Part shown: positions 57,684 to 64,000 of the stretch, in pieces | Layout of the letters: every line of letters begins with the position of its first letter | Numbering within the stretch: position 1 is the first letter of the stretch | Assembly (NCBI GenBank): GCA_030765645.1 | Contig: JAVCCE010000052.1 | Span: 13,662 to 77,661, forward strand | From: Candidatus Hinthialibacter antarcticus | Lineage (GTDB): Bacteria > Hinthialibacterota > Hinthialibacteria > Hinthialibacterales > Hinthialibacteraceae | Direction of reading: 5' to 3' | DNA length: 64,000 nt | Notes under the pieces: model-generated | The model's database searches: none | What the model was told of the DNA's origin: nothing | Seen by the model: only the letters and a program-made list of their open reading frames with translations | Translations under genes and position numbers: made by a program

Positions 57684-57929
57684 GTACCTACATTGATGGA
57701 TGGACATGATTTTGGTTATGAAAACCTATTCCGGCATTTCACAAATTGACAAACCAATCAGGTATGGGTGGAACTCTGGGAGCGCCTGTGCATAAGGGCT
57801 TGAAAGCCCGCACTGAAGCAAGCAGAGTTGTACCCATGCCTGATACAGCAAAAGATCAAGAATTCACGAAAAAGCGTCAAAAAACGCAATTCAATTTGTG
57901 ATAAAGTACCCAAATACCGGAAGAACCTA
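57665..57929. mobile_element. MITE-A (265 bp) carrying 80-bp hairpin copy D (57761-57840)
   Basis: GGTTCATCCGGTA..TACCGGAAGAACC (12/13 inverted match). Confidence 0.75.
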
Positions 57930-57992
57930 AATTTTGAATGCAATTGCAAAAAGTAGCGTAGGTTAGGTACTCAATCTACTCTGCGGTTTTCC

Positions 57993-59093
57993 TCACACGC
58001 TAAAGCGGAACAGTACCACGTCGGCGTCTTGCATGACGTATTCTTTGCCTTCGAGGCGCATCTTGCCCGCCGCCTTGGCGCCCGGCTCGCCGTTGCAGGT
58101 GAGATAATCTTCATACGAAATAATTTCGGCGCGAATAAAGCCGCGCTCAAAATCATTATGGATCACGCCCGCCGCCTTGGGCGCCGTCCAGCCGCGTTTG
58201 ATGGTCCAGGCGCGCGCTTCCTTGGGCCCGGCGGTGAAGTAACTCATCAGCCCCAAGCCGTGATACCCCTTGTGGATCACCTGATGCAGACCGTCTTCAG
58301 TGACGTTCATTGATTCGAGAAACTCGGCGCGTTCTTCGTCGCTCAGCCCCGCCATTTCTTCTTCAAACTTGGCGCACAACTTCACAAACTCGGCGTCTTC
58401 TTTTTCGGCGATCGCTTTCACTGCTTTGACGTAATCGCTGTCGCTTTCAAGGCCGTCTTCATCGACATTGCCTACATAAATTACCTTCTTGCCGGAGAGA
58501 AAACGCAACTCACGGTCGAGTTCGACAAAAGCGTCGCTCTCTTTTTTCGCGAACGACGACGCGGGGTCGCCCGCTTCAAGATGGGCGAGAAGTTCCTTGC
58601 CCAATTCAAACGCAGCGGCGAGAGATTTGTCGCCTTTCGACTGGCGTTCGAGGCGTTGCAGTTTTTTATCGAGTTGCTGAAAATCGGCGATGATGAGTTC
58701 GGTCTGGATGACGGCGATATCGCTTTCCGGGTCGCATTTCCCGTGGACGTGCGTGATATTTTCATCGTCGAAACAGCGTACGATATGCACAATCGCTTCG
58801 GTCTCGCGGATATTGGCGAGAAACTGGTTGCCGAGGCCTTCGCCCTGGCTGGCGCCTTTGACCAGGCCCGCAATATCAACGAACTCGACCGTCGAGTAAA
58901 TCGTCTGTTTGGGATTTACGATTTCAGCGAGTTTATCTAAACGGTCGTCCGGTACCGCAACGATGGCTTTGTTGGGTTCGATGGTACAGAACGGATAGTT
59001 CGCCGCCTCGGCGTTTTGCGCCTTGGTCAGTGCGTTAAAGGTTGTGCTTTTGCCCACGTTGGGCAGGCCGACGATACCGACTCGAAGCGCCAT
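57993..59093 (-). CDS. ychF: Ribosome-binding ATPase YchF
   Basis: [47 protein letters not shown]. Confidence 0.98.
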   Translation of the reverse strand: MALRVGIVGLPNVGKSTTFNALTKAQNAEAANYPFCTIEPNKAIVAVPDDRLDKLAEIVNPKQTIYSTVEFVDIAGLVKGASQGEGLGNQFLANIRETEAIVHIVRCFDDENITHVHGKCDPESDIAVIQTELIIADFQQLDKKLQRLERQSKGDKSLAAAFELGKELLAHLEAGDPASSFAKKESDAFVELDRELRFLSGKKVIYVGNVDEDGLESDSDYVKAVKAIAEKEDAEFVKLCAKFEEEMAGLSDEERAEFLESMNVTEDGLHQVIHKGYHGLGLMSYFTAGPKEARAWTIKRGWTAPKAAGVIHNDFERGFIRAEIISYEDYLTCNGEPGAKAAGKMRLEGKEYVMQDADVVLFRFSV

Positions 59094-59201
59094 GTTCTTC
59101 TCCTGGATACTATTTCGATTAAGCCACTGAGTAGTGTATCTTCGTATGCGTAGGATTCACGGGGCGCGAACAAAATCAGACCAGAACCGGTCATTGCGTA
59201 A

Positions 59202-59281
59202 GGCTTGAGTACAACTCTCTTCGCTTCAGCGTGGGCTTTCAGACTCTAAAACACAGGCGCTCACAGAGTTACACCCAAGCC
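59202..59281 (-). repeat. 80-bp hairpin copy F
   Basis: Reverse complement GGCTTGGGTGTAACTCTG..GAGAGTTGTACTCAAGCC. Confidence 0.85.
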
Positions 59282-59361
59282 TTTTGTCATCAATATTTCA
59301 GAATGTATGTTTAAATTGGCTTGATCCCGATATAATGTTGGCAGCGATAGGAGATAAATAT

Positions 59362-59538
59362 ATGTCAAGCGCAAAAACGGAAGTCGAGTTACTTTTGCAG
59401 AAATTGCCGGATGACTGCACAATTGAAGACATCCAGTATCACCTCTATGTGGTCGATAAAATTAACCGGGGGGTAGAACGGGCCTCTCTAGAGGGGACTT
59501 TCACGCAAGATGAGGTTGAAATACGGCTTAAACAATGA
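59362..59538 (+). CDS. Small antitoxin of a ParE/RelE TA pair
   Basis: AGGAG RBS and 58 aa 'LPDDCTIEDIQYHLYV..INRG'. The stop overlaps the toxin ATG. Confidence 0.72.
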   Translation: MSSAKTEVELLLQKLPDDCTIEDIQYHLYVVDKINRGVERASLEGTFTQDEVEIRLKQ

Positions 59539-59816
59539 AACGAAAAATCGTTTGGTCTCCAGAAGCTGTTGATGACGTTGAGTCAATTTATAACTTTATC
59601 GCCCGTGATTCCAATGCGTATGCAAAATCTGTAGTCGACAAGATCATTCAAACAGTAAAATTTATCCCCGACCACCCTTATGCTGGACGCATTGTTCCAG
59701 AAATCAACCAAGAAACCGTTCGAGAAAAATTAGTATTCAGTTACCGTTTAATCTACAAAATTTCTGAAACTGAAATTTTGATTGTCACGGTTCTGCACGA
59801 TAAGCGTCTATTATAG
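59535..59816 (+). CDS. RelE/ParE-family toxin
   Basis: IVWSPEAVDDVESIYNFIA..GRIVPE..YRLIY..TVLH. Confidence 0.88.
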   Translation: MKRKIVWSPEAVDDVESIYNFIARDSNAYAKSVVDKIIQTVKFIPDHPYAGRIVPEINQETVREKLVFSYRLIYKISETEILIVTVLHDKRLL

Positions 59817-59859
59817 TGGTTGCCAGAATACTGTGCGGATTGAGTTTCAACTGTATCTA

Positions 59860-59892
59860 TTGCTGCGCCCCTGCCTGCGGCAGGCAGGCTAC
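59860..59892 (-). repeat. GTAG REP remnant interrupted by the 19-bp palindrome CCTGCCTGCGGCAGGCAGG
   Basis: GCTGCGCC + CCTGCCTGCGGCAGGCAGG + CTAC. Removing the insert gives GCTGCGCCCTAC, the reverse complement of a GTAGGGCGCAGC REP. Confidence 0.7.
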
Positions 59893-59956
59893 AGGTGCGC
59901 TTTACGCACATATTTTTGACAGATGTTCTAGCGCTTGAAAGCTGATCTCGAACCAT

Positions 59957-59987
59957 AAAAAACGGGAGCGACGTTGCGCCGCTCCCG
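59957..59987 (-). terminator. Intrinsic terminator
   Basis: A-run then CGGGAGCG..CGCTCCCG. Confidence 0.75.
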
Positions 59988-60012
59988 CGTAAATGCTAAT
60001 TCAATGATCGAA

Positions 60013-61317
60013 TTATGCGCCCGGGTCTGGCACCCAGCCGTCGTTTTTGTCATACGGTTTGCCGCCGGGAATCTGTATCGGACGCGTCGGCACGGGGCCG
60101 AGTTTGTAGTCTTCATACTTAGCGTGCAGCCCGAGGGTCTGGTTTGATTTGAGCGCTTCGTCCCAAGTGACTTCACGCGCTTCGTAGCCCGCCATGCGCC
60201 CCATGATGGCGGTCATGGTCGAATAGGCGACGTTTCTCGCTTCGTTGATGTAGCCGCCGCCAGTGATCGCGGCGATCAGGTCGGCGTGTTCCTGGACGTA
60301 ATCTTTGGTTGCGTCTTTGTCAAACGTCCAGTTTTTGCCGTCGGCGTTGATCCAGTTGCTGCAATTGGATTGCCCTTTGGTCCCGCGCACGATTTCATGC
60401 ACGCGGCTGAACTCGCCTGGTTGTTGTTCGCAGTAACTGCTGATGCGAATTCCATTTTCAAATTCAAAATCAACGGCGTGGTGGTCCCAGATGTCGCCGC
60501 GTTCCTGCCACGAGCGACCGCCGATTGCGGCTGCTTTGGCGGGGTGCGAACCTTCGCCCATTGTCCACAGCGCCACGTCGAGGTTGTGAACGTGTTGCTC
60601 AACGATGTGGTCGCCGGAGAGCCACTGATAGTGATACCAGTTGCGGATGTGATATTCCATCTCGGTGATATCGTCAGTCTTTTCGCTAAAACCGATGGGC
60701 CCGCCGCACCAGTAGACGTAAAACGCCATGATGTCGCCAATGGCGCCATCGTGGATACGGTCGATGGTTTCGATGTATCCGGCGTTGTGGCGTCGCTGGG
60801 TTCCCGCCGCGATGTTGATTTTTTTCGCTTTGGCTTTTTCGTATGCGTCGAGAATACTACGGATGCCGGGGGCGTCGATGGCGGCGGGTTTTTCCATGAA
60901 GCAGTGCTTGCCCGCGTCGATGACCGCGTTCAACATCATCGGGCGAAACACCGGCGGCGTGGCCAGAATGATGTAATCAACATCGCTGGCGATGACGTGC
61001 TTATAGCCGTCCCAGCCGGTGAAGCAGTTGGCCTCATCAATCGACTGGTCAAACTTGGCGAGACGCTCCTGGGTTTGTTTGATCTTGCGCGGGAACAGGT
61101 CCGCGATGGCAGTGATCTTGACGCCGTCGTGTGCGCGGATCGCATCTTCGATAGCGCCTTTGCCGCGGCCTCCGCAGCCGATGACGCCGACTTTAATCGG
61201 AGTTGCAGCGCGCGCGTCTTTTGATTTTAGCGCTGAAAAGGCTGCAATTGACGCGGCGCTGGCCGCGCTTTTGGCGACAAAATTGCGCCGGGTTAAAATG
61301 GTCGGTCTGTCAGTCAT
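60013..61317 (-). CDS. Tat-exported Gfo/Idh/MocA oxidoreductase
   Basis: TRRNFV, GVIGCGGRG, MEKP, EQHVHNLD. The start may be 61332. Confidence 0.9.
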   Translation of the reverse strand: MTDRPTILTRRNFVAKSAASAASIAAFSALKSKDARAATPIKVGVIGCGGRGKGAIEDAIRAHDGVKITAIADLFPRKIKQTQERLAKFDQSIDEANCFTGWDGYKHVIASDVDYIILATPPVFRPMMLNAVIDAGKHCFMEKPAAIDAPGIRSILDAYEKAKAKKINIAAGTQRRHNAGYIETIDRIHDGAIGDIMAFYVYWCGGPIGFSEKTDDITEMEYHIRNWYHYQWLSGDHIVEQHVHNLDVALWTMGEGSHPAKAAAIGGRSWQERGDIWDHHAVDFEFENGIRISSYCEQQPGEFSRVHEIVRGTKGQSNCSNWINADGKNWTFDKDATKDYVQEHADLIAAITGGGYINEARNVAYSTMTAIMGRMAGYEAREVTWDEALKSNQTLGLHAKYEDYKLGPVPTRPIQIPGGKPYDKNDGWVPDPGA

Positions 61318-61461
61318 TTTGCATATCCCCATTTTTATAATTGAGTAAACTCACGTCATTATCTCAAACGCCGTAGCCGATGGCAAGAAGCGCGGCTAAG
61401 ATAATTATTCACCCCGGAAAATCCCCCTCTGACACCAATTATAAATGAAGGATATTCACCA

Positions 61462-61878
61462 ATGGGTCTATTGGATTGGTTGTTTGGAAAAAGCCAGAAA
61501 ACGACGCTGCCCGAGTTGGATGACGCGCCGCCTGAAGCGCAGCAAGAATACTCGTCGCCGGAAATTTCACCGCCGGAAGTCAAACAAAAACTTGATGCGG
61601 GCGAGTCGGTCATTCTGCTTGACGTTCGCCAGCCGGAAGAATTAGACATTTGCCGCATCGAAGGCGCCATGCACATTCCCATGATGGATGTGCACGAGCG
61701 CTATAAGGAAATTTCCGACGAGCCCAATGCGGAGATCATCGTCTTTTGCCATCACGGTTCGCGCAGTATGCAGGTGATGCATCAGTTGTGGGGGCTTGGC
61801 TATCAAAACGCCAAGAACATGTCGGGCGGAATCCACGCCTGGTCGCTCGACGTTGACCCCAAAGTGCCAAGGTATTAA
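61462..61878 (+). CDS. Rhodanese-domain sulfurtransferase
   Basis: LLDVRQPEE, HIPM, FCHHGSRS, MSGGIHAW. Confidence 0.9.
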   Translation: MGLLDWLFGKSQKTTLPELDDAPPEAQQEYSSPEISPPEVKQKLDAGESVILLDVRQPEELDICRIEGAMHIPMMDVHERYKEISDEPNAEIIVFCHHGSRSMQVMHQLWGLGYQNAKNMSGGIHAWSLDVDPKVPRY

Positions 61879-61896
61879 AAACGGTTGCACAGGTTT

Positions 61897-61940
61897 GGGT
61901 GCATCTTTCCTCGCTTCAGTGCGGGGCTTACCGCCCTGTT
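61897..61940 (-). repeat. Degenerate 3' half of the 80-bp hairpin
   Basis: Reverse complement CAGGGCGGTAAGCCCCGCACTGAAGCGAGGAAAGATGCACCC. Confidence 0.65.
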
Positions 61941-62000
61941 CAATCCACGCAATATTTTGATAATCAGTCTAGCGAAGGCATTTGGAGCGCGACGGATTTC

Positions 62001-62453
62001 TTACGCGGTGATGGTGGTTCCGTTTTTGGGGTTTTGAAGGAAGAGAAATGAGACGACGTCGAGTAGGTCGTTTTTGCGAAATGGTTTTGAGAGAAAAAAC
62101 CGGATGCCGGCTTCGAGGCTTTTCTTGCGGGTTTCTTCGTTGGGGTACGCGGTAATCATGACGATCTTGCTTGAGGGTTTGACTTCGTGAATCTTTTCAG
62201 CGAACTCGATGCCGTCGATGCCCGGCATGTTTTTGTCAACGATCATCAGGTCAAAATTGCTGGTGAGAGCGCATCCCATCGCGGAGACGGGGTCGCATGA
62301 CCGGGTCACATAACATCCCTGCATACTAAAAACTTCGTCGAGCGCTTCTGCGTAGTCGGTATCGTCGTCAACAATGAGTACGTTTTTTCCCCGTAACAAT
62401 TTACGTATGACCTCCCGGTCGTTGTCTTTTTCACTGGCAAGAGCATTCATCAT
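62001..62453 (-). CDS. Single-domain response regulator (receiver)
   Basis: LIVDDD, phospho-Asp IVDKNMPGIDG, ITAY, LSKP. Confidence 0.9.
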   Translation of the reverse strand: MMNALASEKDNDREVIRKLLRGKNVLIVDDDTDYAEALDEVFSMQGCYVTRSCDPVSAMGCALTSNFDLMIVDKNMPGIDGIEFAEKIHEVKPSSKIVMITAYPNEETRKKSLEAGIRFFLSKPFRKNDLLDVVSFLFLQNPKNGTTITA

Positions 62454-62490
62454 AGTATTGCTCCCCTTTGAATGTTCGAGGGTACGTTAA

Positions 62491-62507
62491 TGCAGCAAAT
62501 ATGCCAA
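62491..62507 (-). promoter_or_regulatory. sigma54 (-24/-12) promoter
   Basis: Minus strand TTGGCATATTTGCTGCA = GG-N10-GC, about 40 bp upstream of the receiver gene. Confidence 0.6.
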
Positions 62508-62533
62508 CATTTCATTTTGTTACACCGCTAGCG

Positions 62534-63934
62534 TTACTTTTCTAATGCTGACTCCTCCAACTCACGCAATTTCGGCAAGCGTCGATACAGAGAGCTTCTT
62601 GACAACCCCAATACGCGGGCGGCTTCTTCCTTGTTGCCGCCGACATTCTCCAAGGTCTGTCGAATGATTTCCAGTTCGGCGTCTTCGAGCGGCATCCCAA
62701 GTGGAATCAGTATGTTCTTGCCATCGTTGCTACTGGCTTCCATCCGTGCGGCGAAGATGGGAGTTTGACCGGATGTAATTTCGGGCGGCATGTCTCGCGG
62801 CTCGACGGTTGCGCCCTTCGCGAAGATGACGGCGTGCTCAATGGCGTGTTGTAATTCGCGCACATTTCCCGGCCAGGGGTATGAAAATAACACCTGCATA
62901 CAGTCGTCTGAGAATTCAGCCAGCGGTTTTCCGGTCTCCTGACAGTACCGTTTCAGGAACGACTGTGCCAGAATCGGGATATCATTGTGACGTTCTCTCA
63001 GCGGTGGGATTTGAATCTGGACCACCCGTAGACGATAATATAAGTCTTCGCGAAACTTCTTTTCCAAAATTCGTTGTTGTAGTTCACGGTTGGTGGCGGC
63101 GATGACCCGAACATCCACATGAAGCGTGGTGCTGCTGCCGACCCGCTCCAGTTCAGAATCCTGTAGGATGCGCAACAAGCGCTGCTGGGCGCTGGCCGAC
63201 ATCTCGCCGATTTCGTCTAAGAAGATGGTGCCGCCGTCGGCCATTTCAAAGCGGCCTTTGCGGTCTTTGATCGCCCCGGTGAATGATCCTTTGACGTGGC
63301 CGAACAATTCTGATTCCAACAACGATTCAGGTAAGGAGCCGCAGTCAACTTTAATTAATGGTTTATTGTTGCGGCGGCTTTGTTCGTGAATCTCGCGGGC
63401 CACCTGGTCTTTTCCTGTACCGGTTTCGCCGGTGATGAGCGCGGTGCTCGAAGTCGGAGCAACCTGTTCAATCATGTGAAAAATGCGTTGCATGGCAGGC
63501 GAACGCCCCAACAGGCGTCCCGAAAGGCGCGCGGCCTGGCGGCGCCACTCGTCGCGTTCTTCAGCGACTTTCTTCAACTCAATGGCGCGGTCGATGACCA
63601 CACGCAGTTCTTTGAGGCGCATGGGTTTGGTCAGATAATCTAACGCGCCCAAGCGCATCGCTTCTACTGCGCTATCAACTTCGTTCAGCCCGGTCAGCAT
63701 GATGACCTGGGTTTCCGGCTTCAGTTCTTTGATTTTGCGCAGGGTTTGCAGCCCGTCGGTTCCAGGAAGCATGACATCGACTGTGGCAACGTCTACATCG
63801 TTGCTTGAAGCGAGTTCAATGGCTTTTTCGCCGCTTTCCGCCTCTAAAAAGTGAAAGCCGCGCCCATCCAACGCATCGCGCACGACCTCGCGCGATTCTT
63901 GATCGTCATCAATAATTAATATGGTTCTACTCAT
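62534..63934 (-). CDS. sigma54-dependent response regulator (NtrC/AtoC-type enhancer-binding protein)
   Basis: Receiver (VDVMLP), GETGTGKD, ESELFGH..GSFTGA, FLDEIGE, WPGNVREL, C-terminal Fis-type HTH. Confidence 0.96.
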   Translation of the reverse strand: MSRTILIIDDDQESREVVRDALDGRGFHFLEAESGEKAIELASSNDVDVATVDVMLPGTDGLQTLRKIKELKPETQVIMLTGLNEVDSAVEAMRLGALDYLTKPMRLKELRVVIDRAIELKKVAEERDEWRRQAARLSGRLLGRSPAMQRIFHMIEQVAPTSSTALITGETGTGKDQVAREIHEQSRRNNKPLIKVDCGSLPESLLESELFGHVKGSFTGAIKDRKGRFEMADGGTIFLDEIGEMSASAQQRLLRILQDSELERVGSSTTLHVDVRVIAATNRELQQRILEKKFREDLYYRLRVVQIQIPPLRERHNDIPILAQSFLKRYCQETGKPLAEFSDDCMQVLFSYPWPGNVRELQHAIEHAVIFAKGATVEPRDMPPEITSGQTPIFAARMEASSNDGKNILIPLGMPLEDAELEIIRQTLENVGGNKEEAARVLGLSRSSLYRRLPKLRELEESALEK

Positions 63935-64000
63935 AGAGTTTTGCTTTCTTTGGGCAGTGCAGGCAAAAAGATGCGCACCGCCGTGCCTTGTCCTTCTTCG
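63931..64000 (-). CDS. 3' end of a sensor histidine kinase (window-truncated)
   Basis: Reads EEGQGTAVRIFLPALPKESKTL*, a G2-box HATPase end. The TGA overlaps the regulator's ATG. Not in the ORF track. Confidence 0.75.
   Translation of the reverse strand, partial: EEGQGTAVRIFLPALPKESKTL

Noticed and set aside
56050-57700. Integron cassette array for the TA and HNH genes
   Set aside because: No convincing RYYYAAC..GTTRRRY attC sites and no integrase.
1-64000. CRISPR array, cas genes, rRNA or tRNA
   Set aside because: No regularly spaced direct repeats with unique spacers were seen, and the only tandem array is coding. No RNA-gene signatures were recognised by eye. A tRNAscan run was not possible.

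Overview
Bacterial chromosomal window of about 50 genes, moderately GC-rich with AT-rich accessory islets. The taxon cannot be determined from the sequence. Housekeeping genes: hemA-hemE-hemN-hemY-hemH-hemC, orphan nuoI, aroC, Rne/Rng, aspS, dnaJ, a FabL/FabI-type reductase, acnA and ychF. Envelope and glycan genes: a PASTA protein, an ECF sigma/anti-sigma pair, a DUF3352-TPR protein, a 2x2 ABC exporter, two GT-C-like membrane proteins, an SSS symporter, GH2, GH127, GH33 and CE4. Defence genes: an R-M pair, three toxin-antitoxin pairs and an HNH nuclease. The right end holds a sigma54 two-component locus. The most unusual signal is intergenic: a nested set of short repeats. An 80-bp hairpin with compensatory substitutions occurs in 6 full and 3 partial copies. 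It sits inside two different terminal-inverted-repeat (MITE-like) shells, one copy being a chimera. There are also GTAG-type REPs, an AT-rich orphan gene between inverted repeats, and a 19-bp palindrome that interrupts two other repeat types at CC^CT. These repeats often bracket the defence and TA genes. No transposase, integrase, CRISPR array, rRNA or tRNA was recognised. All family assignments come from motif recognition by eye, not database searches.
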